From assembly GCA_963773965.1 (NCBI GenBank), contig CAVZDG010000010.1, forward strand, positions 50,693 through 114,692: DNA of 64,000 nt. Reading direction: 5' to 3'. The position numbers and the translations under genes were made by a program. The stretch comes from an uncultured Acidobacteriaceae bacterium (lineage in GTDB: Bacteria; Acidobacteriota; Terriglobia; Terriglobales; Acidobacteriaceae). Under the pieces are notes generated by a model that saw nothing but the letters and a program-made list of their open reading frames with translations, ran no database searches and was not told the DNA's origin. This document shows positions 9,517 through 19,315 of the stretch, in pieces. How positions within the stretch are numbered: the stretch's first letter is position 1; every line of letters begins with the position of its first letter.

Positions 9517-11663
9517 AATCGGCCTCCAGCCGTAGCTCCATTGCGTTTTGTTGCAACCCGTTTTCCCACCCCGAGGGTGAAATAGAATGCCGCGCCCTTG
9601 TCCAGTTCTCCCTCCGCCCACACCCGGCCTCCGTGCTTGTGAACGATGCGCTGCACCGTCGCTAATCCGATGCCCGTGCCTTCAAAATCTTCCGCGCGGT
9701 GCAACCTCTGAAACACTCCGAACAATTTGTCGACATACTTCATGTTGAAGCCGATGCCATTGTCCCGGACCATGAACACCGGTTGCCCGCCTTCCTGTGT
9801 GCAACTGACTTCGATGACGGTGTGGGCGCGGGGACGGGTGAACTTGAGCGCGTTCGACAGTAAGTTTTGAAAAATCTGCCTGATCAAAACCGGATCGCAC
9901 GCCATCGCCGGTAGATCGGAGATCGCCCACTCCACTTGGCGCCCTGCGCTCTCCGGCTGCAGCATCGTCATCACCTCCGCGACCAACTCTTTCAAGTTTG
10001 TGGTCTGCCGATTCAGGGCATGGCGGCCGACCCGCGCCAGATGCAATAATTCATCCACCAGCACGCCCATCTTTTGTGTCCCTGCCTGGATGCGATCGAG
10101 GTAGTGCCGGGCGCCGGGGTCGAGGGTGGCGCCGAATTCTTCCACCAGCAACTGGGAAAAGCCGCTGACATGCCGCAAGGGCGCCCGCAAGTCGTGCGAC
10201 ACCGAGTAACTGAAAGCTTCCAGCTCTTGGTTGACGACTTCCAACTGGGCCGTCCGCTCTCCCACCCTATGTTCCAGTTCCTCATTGAGTTGCCGGATTA
10301 CCTCCTCGGCCCGCTTGCGTTCCGTGATGTCGGTGCGGATGGCTACGTACTGACGCGGTTTACCATCCGCCCCCATGAACGGGACAATCGTCGCGTCCAC
10401 CCAGTAAATCGAACCGTCCTTGGCTCGGTTCTTGATCTCGCCGCGCCACACCTGGCCGCTTGCGATGGTCTGGTACATCTCCTGGAAAAACTGTTTCGGA
10501 TGATGGCCGGAGTTCACGATGCGGTGATTCTGCCCAATCAGTTCCTCCTGGGAATATTGACTGATGGCGCAGAACTTCTCGTTGACGTAGGTAATCGTGC
10601 CCTGGACATCGGTTGTTGCGACGATGGCGTGCTGATCGAGCGCGAACTTCTGGTCGGCCAGATCTTTGAGCGCAGCTTCGCTGGTGGCCAGGCTTTCCTT
10701 CAATGCCTCTTGCGCCAACATCCGCTCGGTGGCCTCGGATTGCAAAGCCGCCGTGCGCTCGGCCACACGCCGCTCCAGTTCCACGTTTAGAGCATCGCTG
10801 CGATCGACGATGAAAGCAATCCAAGTGACGAAGCCAGCGAGCAGAGTGGCGCAAAATATCGCGAGCAAACTCGCCTCAACCCAAGTGAAATGAGCCTCCG
10901 TAAGGAGGGCCTTCGACACCGGCCAGCCGATGAGACCGAGCACCAGCAGAGCGGCAGGAATTACGCTTCGCAACAACCTTGCTCCCGCGTTCTGGCTGGT
11001 AAGAAGTCCGCCGATGGCCCAGGTTGCGCGCGAGCAGACCAGCCCGCACGCCAGGACAAAGAAGGTCACAGCGGCTGGCAAGGCCATGGTAATGCCGGAT
11101 GCTCTGGGCTGGAGAACCAGGGCGAAGAGCCCAAATATGGCGCCGATCGCCGCTCCAAAAGAAAGGAACTGGGCCAGCCAATGGTCGTGTCGCGTCTTCC
11201 AGTCCAGCAGCAGGAGCGCGGGACCGAGAACCAGGAAATTCAAGGCCGCGATGGTGGCCATCAAGCCCGGCCGCACGCCTGCAATCGCCTCGGCGGGCGG
11301 AACGACGACCAGCAATTGATCAATGCCCAAATCCGAGCCAAGAACGTGTTCCTCCAAACTCAGCAGACCCACCAGGCAGACGATGGCCGCTGACGTCTTG
11401 GCGGCAAGCTTCGTGATCCATATCCATGCGAAAGACTGGTTGTCCTGTTTTCTCTGCAGCCACAGGGAAACGCCGAGCAGAACCAGGCAGGCAGCGGCGT
11501 TCGGCACAATCTTTACCGGCGCGGCTACCCAGGTGTCGAGAGCTGCAAGGTGAAGTTTCCACCCTGCCAAGGCCGACAGCCCGGCAGCCACTGCAAACCC
11601 GGCGGCGGAGGAGGCGAAGACGTTCAACCGCTTGACCAGTCGAGGATCGGAGGGGCTGTTCAT
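9513..11663 (-). CDS. Membrane-bound PAS-domain sensor histidine kinase
   Basis: About 300-aa polytopic N-terminus, coiled coil, PAS (ATTDVQGTITYVNEKFCAISQY...WVDATIVP), H-box SHDLRAPLRH and a HATPase_c domain. The ORF opens at 11726; the ATG at 11663 is preferred. Confidence 0.85.
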   Translation of the reverse strand: MNSPSDPRLVKRLNVFASSAAGFAVAAGLSALAGWKLHLAALDTWVAAPVKIVPNAAACLVLLGVSLWLQRKQDNQSFAWIWITKLAAKTSAAIVCLVGLLSLEEHVLGSDLGIDQLLVVVPPAEAIAGVRPGLMATIAALNFLVLGPALLLLDWKTRHDHWLAQFLSFGAAIGAIFGLFALVLQPRASGITMALPAAVTFFVLACGLVCSRATWAIGGLLTSQNAGARLLRSVIPAALLVLGLIGWPVSKALLTEAHFTWVEASLLAIFCATLLAGFVTWIAFIVDRSDALNVELERRVAERTAALQSEATERMLAQEALKESLATSEAALKDLADQKFALDQHAIVATTDVQGTITYVNEKFCAISQYSQEELIGQNHRIVNSGHHPKQFFQEMYQTIASGQVWRGEIKNRAKDGSIYWVDATIVPFMGADGKPRQYVAIRTDITERKRAEEVIRQLNEELEHRVGERTAQLEVVNQELEAFSYSVSHDLRAPLRHVSGFSQLLVEEFGATLDPGARHYLDRIQAGTQKMGVLVDELLHLARVGRHALNRQTTNLKELVAEVMTMLQPESAGRQVEWAISDLPAMACDPVLIRQIFQNLLSNALKFTRPRAHTVIEVSCTQEGGQPVFMVRDNGIGFNMKYVDKLFGVFQRLHRAEDFEGTGIGLATVQRIVHKHGGRVWAEGELDKGAAFYFTLGVGKRVATKRNGATAGGRL

Positions 11664-11860
11664 GCGGTTGCAGTCTTTCGCAGAGAGGCCACTGCCGGAA
11701 CATTGCAATACGATTCGCCATGGCATCGCTTACGCATCAATAAGGTAGCCATCGGCAAGGCCGTTGTCCTTCTCAGTAAACAGGCAGGTTACTTAGGGCG
11801 TGGGCGGGTACGGTAGAGTGCGGATCCGATATTTTTCCACCGGGCGCAATGCTCGAAGCG

Positions 11861-12382
11861 CTAAACGCCCGCCGCCGCTTCCGCTTCTCCCGTTGGGCCC
11901 GTGGTCTCCAATTGCCTCCGGAGTTTCTTCACCAGTTCGTGCACCGCCGCCAGCTTTTCGGCCGCCGCCGCCGGCAGGCATGGAGTTTCGAGCGCCAGTT
12001 CAACGGACAGCAGCAGCGCCGTGACCGTGCCATTCAGTTCGCTCTGGAGCTTGGCGAGCGCCGCGTGGCGGGCCCGCATTTCGTCGCGCTGGCGGCGCTG
12101 CACCGCTTCCCGAACCTCCCGCACCAGACGCTCCATTCCACTGATCGCCAGATTGACCTGCACCGGGATCGCCGTGCCCAGGTGCTCGAGCGTGGCCTCG
12201 GCTTCCTGCGGCTCGGCTTCGAGCAGGTACTGATCGAGCACCACTGCCAGGTAGCATCCCGCCCGCAAAAATGTGGTGGCCCGCGCCAGACTTTCCGCCA
12301 CCACGACTTCCTCGCCCGTCGCCTCATGCAGCGCCGCAGCACACTCGGGTGCCCGCTCGCTCGGCGTCACAAAAAGGATCAT
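11861..12382 (-). CDS. Hypothetical protein with receiver-like N-terminus and helical C-terminus
   Basis: 173-aa ORF with an AAGGA Shine-Dalgarno sequence. Beta-alpha pattern MILFVT...AVVLDQ...IPVQVNLA lacks the acidic DD pair. The C-terminal half is coiled-coil-like. Confidence 0.5.
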   Translation of the reverse strand: MILFVTPSERAPECAAALHEATGEEVVVAESLARATTFLRAGCYLAVVLDQYLLEAEPQEAEATLEHLGTAIPVQVNLAISGMERLVREVREAVQRRQRDEMRARHAALAKLQSELNGTVTALLLSVELALETPCLPAAAAEKLAAVHELVKKLRRQLETTGPTGEAEAAAGV

Positions 12383-12494
12383 GAGGAATCCTTCGCAACT
12401 CCCGGGCCAATTGTATTAGCGTGAAAATAAGTGAGTTATGCGCTCGGCCTTGCGCTGGACGTCCCATTCTGGCACCGGCGCTTTGCCTGACAAC

Positions 12495-13919
12495 TCAGTT
12501 TTGGGACTCGTACTCTTTCAGCTTGCGATAGAGCGTGGTCTTGCCAATGCCCAGCAGGCGGGCCGCCAGCATCTTGTCTCCGTTGACCTGCGTGAGCGCG
12601 TTCAAGATGGTCTGTTTCTCCACTTCCGCCATGGGCACGATGCCATTCGTCGGCGGGCTTATGCCCAGCAAGTCGATGGGCGCGCCGTAAATCTGGGTGG
12701 GAAGATCGCGCAGCTGAATTTGGTTCGCGCTGCTGAGCGCACATGCCCGCTCCAGCGAGTTTTCCAGTTCGCGCACGTTGCCGGGCCAGTCGTAATTCAG
12801 CAGCGCCTTGAGGGCCTCGTCCGAAATCGTCTTTTCGATGCCGGCGTCGCGCCCGATGCGCTCGAGAATATGCGCCACCAGCAGCGGAATATCCCCCCTG
12901 CGCTCGCGCAACGGCGGAATCCGCAAGGTCAACACGTTGAGCCGGAAAAAAAGATCGCGGCGGAACGCGCCTTCGGCCACGGCTCGTTCCAGGTCGCGGT
13001 TAGTCGCGGCCAGAATCCGCACGTTGATGGGAACCCGCTTCACGCTTCCCACCGGACGAATCTCCTTCTCCTGAATCGCCCGCAACAGTTTCGCCTGCAA
13101 GTCCACCGGCAGCTCGCCAATCTCGTCGAGAAATACCGTGCCCCCTTCGGCGATCGCCAGCAGTCCGTCCTTCGGATTGGTCGCACCCGTGAAAGCGCCG
13201 CGCACGTGGCCGAACAGTTCGCTTTCAATCAGCGTCGGCACCAGCGATCCGCAATCGACCGGAATGAACGGCTTGTTGCGGAAGATGCCGGCAAAGTGAA
13301 TGGACTTCGCGATCAACTCCTTGCCCGTGCCGCTTTCGCCCAGAATCAGCACCGGATGCACGCTCTGTCCCGCCTTCGCGATGATGCGGTAGAGCTTTTC
13401 CATATCCGGCGAGCGCCCGACGATGTTGCCGAACCCCTGCCGCGACTTGATGGTTTCCCGCAGCACGCGGTTTTCCGTCTTCAGCCGCAGATGTCCTGCC
13501 ACCCGCTCCAGCAGCAGACGCAGTTCTTCCATGCTGAAGGGTTTGGTGACGTAATCGTAGGCGCCATCTTTCATCGCCTGCACCGCCGACTTCACCGTGC
13601 CATAGCCGGTCACCACGATCACCAGCGCGTCCGCGCGATGCTTCTTGATGGTGTGCAGCGCTTCGAGGCCGCCCGCGCCCGGCAGCCGCAAGTCCAGCAG
13701 CACGACGTCGGTGCTGGAGCTGTCGAGCAACCGGTAGGCTTGTTCGGCGGACTCCGCTGCCTGGGTGTTGAATCCGAGCGACTGCGCCACCTCGCGGCAG
13801 GCCTCGCGGATGGTGCGGTCGTCGTCCACGATCAGGAGATTCAGGAAATTCGCTGCCTCGATTTGCGGGGCGTGGCTGGGGCTATGATTGAGGACAGCGG
13901 CGGTCGATGCGTTGAACAT
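12495..13919 (-). CDS. Sigma-54-dependent response regulator (NtrC family: REC-AAA+-Fis HTH)
   Basis: Walker [15 protein letters not shown] loop, C-terminal [19 protein letters not shown]. Confidence 0.92.
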   Translation of the reverse strand: MFNASTAAVLNHSPSHAPQIEAANFLNLLIVDDDRTIREACREVAQSLGFNTQAAESAEQAYRLLDSSSTDVVLLDLRLPGAGGLEALHTIKKHRADALVIVVTGYGTVKSAVQAMKDGAYDYVTKPFSMEELRLLLERVAGHLRLKTENRVLRETIKSRQGFGNIVGRSPDMEKLYRIIAKAGQSVHPVLILGESGTGKELIAKSIHFAGIFRNKPFIPVDCGSLVPTLIESELFGHVRGAFTGATNPKDGLLAIAEGGTVFLDEIGELPVDLQAKLLRAIQEKEIRPVGSVKRVPINVRILAATNRDLERAVAEGAFRRDLFFRLNVLTLRIPPLRERRGDIPLLVAHILERIGRDAGIEKTISDEALKALLNYDWPGNVRELENSLERACALSSANQIQLRDLPTQIYGAPIDLLGISPPTNGIVPMAEVEKQTILNALTQVNGDKMLAARLLGIGKTTLYRKLKEYESQN

Positions 13920-13994
13920 GGCGAATCTCCCTGGCGATGCAGAACTTCACGAGCCCAAACTTCACGGTCAACTGGCAGCTTTAGCGATGCCGCT

Positions 13995-14063
13995 TGTAGA
14001 GACGGGGCTGGCCCCGTCTCGCTGGCCCCGTCTCCGGAGACGCGGCAAGCCGCGTCTCTACGG
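13995..14063. repeat. REPIN (GTAGAGACGSGGC family)
   Basis: tgtagagacggggctggccccgtctc...ggagacgcggcaagccgcgtctctacgg. Confidence 0.9.
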
Positions 14064-14077
14064 CAATCGGCCCCCCT

Positions 14078-15808
14078 TCAGGGGCTGTGCATAATTTCAA
14101 CCACACGTTCGATCAGAGCCTTTCCGGAGAATGGTTTGCGAACCAGCTCCACCGCGCCCGCTGCGGAGTCCACGGTCGCGTGCTCGTAGCCGGAAATCAA
14201 CAGGACTTTCAGCCCCGGCTTCTGCCCGAGCAATGTTTCCGCGAGTTCCTGTCCATTCATCCCAGGCATCATGTAATCGGCGATCAGCAGATCGACTGCG
14301 CCGGAATGTTCCGCGAAAATCTTCAGCGCTTCCTTCCCGTTGGGAGCTGGCAGAATCCGGTAACCGGCATCCAGCAGGAAGCGCTGCATGGATTTGCGCG
14401 CGGCGGCATGGTCGTCCACCAGCAAAATCGTCCTGCGGCTGGTGTCAAGAACGACTTCGCCCGCGAACGGCCGCGCCACCGGCGGGCTCGCCTGGTTCGA
14501 TGACACCTGATTCGATGACGCCTCGATCGATGACTCGATGGCCGGAAGAAATACTTCGATGCAGGCGCCGCGTCCCGGTTCGCTCTCGACCGCGATCGTG
14601 CCGCCCGATTCGCTGACGATGCGCTGCACCGTCGCCAGGCCCAGACCCGTGCCTTCTCCCGGCTTCTTAGTTGTGAAGAAAGGCTCGAACAGGCGCGCGC
14701 GCGTCTCCGCATCCATCCCGCAGCCGTTGTCTTTCACCGCCAGCGAAACGGCGCGCCGGGCGCTCCCGGGCTCAGCTTTACTACAAACTTCACCAGGAAA
14801 TTCGCCGGGGAACTCCGCAACGGGAAATTCCCCAGCCCGCGTGCGCAAGGTAATCTTTCCGCCTTGCGGCATGGCGTCGCGCGCGTTCAGCACCAGGTTC
14901 AACAGGATCTGCCGCAACTGCGCCGGATCGGCGAGCACAAGTCCGGCGCCGGAGTCGAGCACGGTGACCAGTTCAATCTGCTCGCCAATCAGCCGCCGCA
15001 ACAGATTTTCCGTGGAAGCCACAATTTCGTCGACCCGGACCGGCCGTGGCTCCGCGGCTTGCTTGCGCGCGATCGCCAATAGCTGATGCGTCAATGCCGC
15101 TCCTTGCTCGCCCGCCAGGCGGACTTCTTCAACGTGCTGGCACAGCTCGCTCGGCTCCAATCCACCGCTTGCCACTTCACCGTTCTCCGATCGGCCGCTC
15201 TCTAACCCGCCCTTCTCCGGTCCCCCGCTTTCCAATCCAGCGCTCAACAGGTCGCAGTACAGCAGAATGCCGGTCAGCAGGTTATTGAAGTCGTGCGCGA
15301 TTCCTCCCGCCAGCCGTCCGATGACTTCCATCTTCTCGGCTTCGCGCAGATGTTCTTCCACCCGCCTGCGCTCGGTCGCGTCCGCCAGCATCGCGATCAG
15401 GAAGGCGGGCTGGCGGCGGGCGTCGCGCCCGAGCGACACCGTCAGATGCCCCCAGAGCTCGGAACCGTCTTTGCGCCGGCAGCGCTTTTCGATTTCGAAC
15501 GAGCCGCGCTCGCCCCGGATCAGCTCGCCCAGCAATCGTTCGCCGGGCGAAACATCGCCGGGATAAATTGCGCGGCCGATTTCCCGATGAAGCCCCGGAT
15601 GAACTCCTGGAAAGAAATCGCCCGCATGCCTGCCGGCCAGTTCCTCCCGGCTGTAGCCAAGCATTCCGCTGAGCGCGGGATTCGCTTCCAGAATCCGGCC
15701 ATCGAGCTGGCAAATCCCGATCCCAATCGCCGCCCCTTCAAACATCGCGCGAAACAGCAGATCGGACTCGTAATCGCGTGCCGCCGGAAATTGGGTGATG
15801 ACGTTCAT
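14078..15808 (-). CDS. Hybrid sensor histidine kinase/response regulator (PAS-HisKA-HATPase_c-REC)
   Basis: PAS (GICQLDGRILEANPALSGMLGYSREEL), H-box IAHDFNNLL, DNGCGM, and a C-terminal receiver (LLVDDHAA...IADYMMPGMNG...ISGY). Contains low-complexity inserts (GGPEKGGLESGRSENGE; EFPVAEFPGEFPGE). Confidence 0.88.
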   Translation of the reverse strand: MNVITQFPAARDYESDLLFRAMFEGAAIGIGICQLDGRILEANPALSGMLGYSREELAGRHAGDFFPGVHPGLHREIGRAIYPGDVSPGERLLGELIRGERGSFEIEKRCRRKDGSELWGHLTVSLGRDARRQPAFLIAMLADATERRRVEEHLREAEKMEVIGRLAGGIAHDFNNLLTGILLYCDLLSAGLESGGPEKGGLESGRSENGEVASGGLEPSELCQHVEEVRLAGEQGAALTHQLLAIARKQAAEPRPVRVDEIVASTENLLRRLIGEQIELVTVLDSGAGLVLADPAQLRQILLNLVLNARDAMPQGGKITLRTRAGEFPVAEFPGEFPGEVCSKAEPGSARRAVSLAVKDNGCGMDAETRARLFEPFFTTKKPGEGTGLGLATVQRIVSESGGTIAVESEPGRGACIEVFLPAIESSIEASSNQVSSNQASPPVARPFAGEVVLDTSRRTILLVDDHAAARKSMQRFLLDAGYRILPAPNGKEALKIFAEHSGAVDLLIADYMMPGMNGQELAETLLGQKPGLKVLLISGYEHATVDSAAGAVELVRKPFSGKALIERVVEIMHSP

Positions 15809-15832
15809 ACCGACACCGCTCCGAAGAATTTT

Positions 15833-15904
15833 AGGTCTCAGGTCTCAGGTTTCAGGAAAACAAGGTTCTAAGACCTGACACCTAAGACCTGACACCTGAG
15901 ACCT
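15833..15904. repeat. Long hairpin built from 7-nt-periodic repeats (GGTCTCA/GGTGTCA type)
   Basis: aggtctcaggtctcaggtttcagg ... cctaagacctgacacctgagacct. Lies 25 nt upstream of the hybrid kinase start codon. Confidence 0.8.
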
Positions 15905-16370
15905 CGCTCCGATTCCAAGCTGGGAAAAAGCCTGCTCAACTTTCCGCGAATGAACCGGCGCTAACCGGATTGGGGAAAAGTGTAGTGCGAAACCCTTCGC
16001 CGCTAAGTGCGAGCCATCACATCAAATTTGTGACGATTCCGGCGATGATAAGGAAGGAATTAAGGAAGGATGATTTGGAAGAAACAAGACTAGAGATGGC
16101 AGGCGCAGTTGCCGGAATGCTAATACGGGCAAGCCCAGCCGCCCCAATTCGGAACCTGTAGCAGCTTCGCAATGGGCGGAATGCGGGGCGGGCAAAAATC
16201 TTGTCAAGAGGGAAAAATTTACAAAACGCACCTAACTCGCTGAAAACAAGTTGGAAACAAATCGGCAAAATTTACCGCTACACCCCCGAGAGTTCGATGG
16301 AGGCAAACCCGGTCCATCCGCCAACCGCTCGTGATCATTGTCATTAATTGATATTCTGATGGGGGCAAAC

Positions 16371-16991
16371 ATGCCGCTCCATGCCAATCGCATCGCCATC
16401 GTTCTGCTGACGCTCAGCTTGGTCTGCGCCTGCGGCCGCCCTCCCAGCGCTTCCGGCGACAACGCTACGAACTCCGCCGATTCACAAAAGCTGCCCTTTG
16501 ATCGCCCGTCGCGATCGGAGGGAATTTCGCCCAGCCAGTCGCTGATTCCATCCACCACGAAACTGCCCGAGGGAACGCCCATTCCGATTCGCCTGAAGAG
16601 CGCGCTTTCGAGCGCGCGGTCGCACGCGGGAGACACGTTCCGCGCAACCATCGATGAGCCGGTCACGATCAACGGCCAGACGCTGATTGCCCGCGGCACA
16701 CCCGCGACCGGCCGCGTGCTCGAAGCCAAGCCCTCGGCAAGTTCACGCGGAAGCTCGCTCGAAAGTTCGCTCGAACCCGGCTATCTGCGGATCGTGCTGG
16801 TGAGTTTGAACGTTGGCGGGCGGACGGTCATGATCGAGACCTCCAGCATCTTCGCCAAAGGCGGCGCGCGCGAGGAACGAAACCCGGCTACCGGCGCGGC
16901 TTCTGGGGCCAGTCAGAAAGATAAAGATATTGTTTTCGGCATCGATCGCCGTCTCACCTTCCGTCTTGCCCAGAATGTGGACCTGCAATAA
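16371..16991 (+). CDS. Hypothetical lipoprotein
   Basis: Signal peptide with lipobox LSLVCAC-G. No family recognised. The ATG at 16371 follows a purine-rich tract (gatggggg). Confidence 0.6.
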   Translation: MPLHANRIAIVLLTLSLVCACGRPPSASGDNATNSADSQKLPFDRPSRSEGISPSQSLIPSTTKLPEGTPIPIRLKSALSSARSHAGDTFRATIDEPVTINGQTLIARGTPATGRVLEAKPSASSRGSSLESSLEPGYLRIVLVSLNVGGRTVMIETSSIFAKGGAREERNPATGAASGASQKDKDIVFGIDRRLTFRLAQNVDLQ

Positions 16992-17222
16992 CGCGACCCG
17001 CAGTAACCCCGATTATGGCGGTTTCAGGGAAGGTGTAGTCCGATGTGCGTCAGAGGGTGCTGCGATTGGAAGGAAAAGCCGGAACCACAGGGGTCACAGA
17101 GAAGCACAGGGGAAACCCTAGATGAGAAGTGCTGGGACTGAATCGCCGGCGGCAAAGTCAGTCTACGCTGTCGGTGGAACTGGCATAAAGCCGGAGCTGG
17201 TTGCAGCTCCTGGCGGCACGGC

Positions 17223-17250
17223 GAAGACGGGGCGAGCCGCGTCTCTACAC
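17223..17250. repeat. REP (GTAGAGACG family), single degenerate copy
   Basis: gaagacggggcgagccgcgtctctacac. Confidence 0.8.
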
Positions 17251-17307
17251 GAGCGGGTAGAGCAACGCTGAATCCGCTCTAGAATTTCCGCCGCGTCTGA
17301 CGCTCGC

Positions 17308-19218
17308 TCAGGCCGTCATCTCCACTGGGCGATCCGGTTTCGCGACCACCGCCGGCAGCCGCAGGCGGAAGGTTGTGCCGGCTCCGACGGTGGAATCGAA
17401 CTCCACCGAGCCGTAGTGCCATTGCATGATCTGGTAGGTTTGCGCCAGCCCGATTCCGCTGCCGCCTTTGTCGCCCTTGGTGGTGTAGTAGAGTTCGAAA
17501 ATTTTCTCCTGCGCTTCGGGCGGAATGCCGCAGCCCTGGTCCATCACTTCGGCGAGAATCATTTCGTCATCGAGCCGCGCCTTCAGAGTGAGCGTTCCTC
17601 CCTCATTCATGGACTGCACGCCGTTCAGCACCAGGTTCATGATCGCCTGCTTGATCAGGTCGGAATCGACTCGCACCATCAGCGCGTCATCAGGACACGG
17701 GCTGCCCGCGGCGGAAGACGGGGCAAGCCCCGTCTCTACAGGAGGTTCTAGTACTATGCGCACGCCGTGACGCGCGGCATCGGGCGCGGCCAGCACCGAT
17801 ACGCTCTCCAGAATCTTGCGTAAGTCCACGTCTTCCAGGCGCAAATCGCGGGGACGGGTGAAGTCCACCAGGATTTGCACGACGCGGTCGAGGCGGTGGA
17901 TTTCGCTGCCGATGATGTCCATGTGGCGGCGCGTGTCGGGATCGTCCTGCTGCAGTTTGTTTTGCAGCAACTGCAGGTGCAGCACGATGGCGTTGATGGG
18001 GTTCTTCACCTCGTGCGCCACGCCTCGCGTCATCCGCCCGCTGGCGGAAAGGCGCCGCGAAATTTCAATCTCGTCCTCGATGCGCCGCACCGATTCGGCA
18101 TCGCGCATGGTCAGCAGCGCGCCAATGGGCGTGCCTTTCTCCTGAATGAAGTCGAGCGAAACCTGAACCCGCCGGCGATCGGCGCCGTCGAATTCGTACT
18201 GCACCAGCGGGCCCTGCTTCTGGAATGCGGGCAGAACCACCGCGCCCAGAACGGTTCCGTCGGAAAAAATTTCTTCCGCGGTGCGTCCCAGAATTTCGCG
18301 GCGCGGGCGTCCTAGAAATTTTTCCGCCGAGGCGCTCACCAGCACCACCCGCGAATCGCGCGTGAACAGCATGAGGCCGTCCTGGAGCTTGGTCATGACC
18401 TGCTCGACGTTGTCTTTCAATGCGGAAAAAATCTGGTTGGTATCGCGAATCTGGCGGCCGAGGTGCGCGATCTTCAGCGACACCAGGCCGACCTCGTCGT
18501 CGGAACCCGATTCCTCGGCGGGCAACAGATCTCCCGCGCTCGCGCTATCCAAATTTCGGGCAATGGCCTTCAAGGGGCCGAGCGCGACATTGGAAACCAC
18601 CGCCCCCAGCAGCAGCGAGCAAAAAATCGCGACCACGGAAAAGAAAGCTGCCTGCTGCAGTCTCGGCGTCATTTCGTTGCGCAGAAAAACCGTGTTCACG
18701 CCCACGCGAACGCTGCCGAAAGCCTGCCCGTCGAGCTCCAGCCCGATGCTCACGTCATAAACTGTGCCGGGGCCGTAGAGCATGCGCAACTGGCGGCGGA
18801 AACCCGCGTCGCGCAACCCGCTCAAAGGGGATCGCTCCGGAACCGGCTTGCCGTTCAGGGCCGGATTCGTGTCGAGGATCGCCACCCCATTCGGATCAAT
18901 GATGGCGGCATCGTAGATGATGGGAGAATTTCCGACCAAGGCTTCCAACTGGTCGTTCAGGTTGGCGTCGGTCTGCAGATAATTCGTGATGGCGGCGCGC
19001 ATCGCCTTGGGATTGTTGGTGTTAACCCGGGTGCTGGTCAGATCGGGCACCGCTTTGGATGCGGTGTACTCCAGTTGGTTGGTGAGCTGGGAAGCGGTTT
19101 CATCGGCCCACAGCAGACGCTGGCGCAGCAGTTGCGACAGGTAAATCCAGGAAAAGCCGACGACCAGCGCCGTGAACAGCGTGGTGATCACGAGCACGAT
19201 GATGAATTTGCGCGTCAT
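17308..19218 (-). CDS. Sensor histidine kinase (TM-periplasmic-TM-HAMP/PAS-HisKA-HATPase_c), NtrB/AtoS-like partner of the adjacent NtrC-type regulator
   Basis: N-terminal TM helix, second TM helix FFSVVAIFCSLLLGAVV, H-box VAHEVKNPINAI, N box NLVLNGVQSM, G boxes DQGCGI and GSGIGL. Confidence 0.88.
   Translation of the reverse strand: MTRKFIIVLVITTLFTALVVGFSWIYLSQLLRQRLLWADETASQLTNQLEYTASKAVPDLTSTRVNTNNPKAMRAAITNYLQTDANLNDQLEALVGNSPIIYDAAIIDPNGVAILDTNPALNGKPVPERSPLSGLRDAGFRRQLRMLYGPGTVYDVSIGLELDGQAFGSVRVGVNTVFLRNEMTPRLQQAAFFSVVAIFCSLLLGAVVSNVALGPLKAIARNLDSASAGDLLPAEESGSDDEVGLVSLKIAHLGRQIRDTNQIFSALKDNVEQVMTKLQDGLMLFTRDSRVVLVSASAEKFLGRPRREILGRTAEEIFSDGTVLGAVVLPAFQKQGPLVQYEFDGADRRRVQVSLDFIQEKGTPIGALLTMRDAESVRRIEDEIEISRRLSASGRMTRGVAHEVKNPINAIVLHLQLLQNKLQQDDPDTRRHMDIIGSEIHRLDRVVQILVDFTRPRDLRLEDVDLRKILESVSVLAAPDAARHGVRIVLEPPVETGLAPSSAAGSPCPDDALMVRVDSDLIKQAIMNLVLNGVQSMNEGGTLTLKARLDDEMILAEVMDQGCGIPPEAQEKIFELYYTTKGDKGGSGIGLAQTYQIMQWHYGSVEFDSTVGAGTTFRLRLPAVVAKPDRPVEMTA
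17713..17742. repeat. REP copy embedded in-frame inside the kinase CDS
   Basis: ggaagacggggcaagccccgtctctacagg on the plus strand. It is translated on the minus strand as ...PVETGLAPSS... between the DHp and ATPase domains. Confidence 0.85.
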
Positions 19219-19229
19219 CGATTAAAGAA

Positions 19230-19303
19230 GTTCTCAGTTCCCAGTTCTCAGTTCTCAGTAGACCCAGATGTGAACTGAGAACTGAGAACTGGGAACTGAG
19301 AAC
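19230..19303. repeat. Perfect 30-bp-stem hairpin of 7-nt-periodic repeats (AGTTCTC type) between the regulator and kinase genes
   Basis: 19230-19259 is the exact reverse complement of 19274-19303, with a 14-nt loop. Confidence 0.95.
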
Positions 19304-19315
19304 CGGGAACTAGCA

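Noticed and set aside
16097-16112. Possible sigma-54 promoter (TGGCAG-N-TTGC) upstream of the lipoprotein gene. A second candidate lies at about 12474-12491.
   Set aside because: The spacing from GG to GC is one nucleotide too long at the first site and two too long at the second, compared with the strict TGGCAC-N5-TTGC geometry. No convincing sigma-54 promoter was found despite two NtrC-type activators in the window.
15960-16340. Small ORFs (63-83 aa) in the comparatively AT-rich divergent region between the hybrid kinase and lipoprotein genes.
   Set aside because: They have no Shine-Dalgarno sequence, no recognisable motifs and overlap one another. The region is more likely a divergent promoter or regulatory region.
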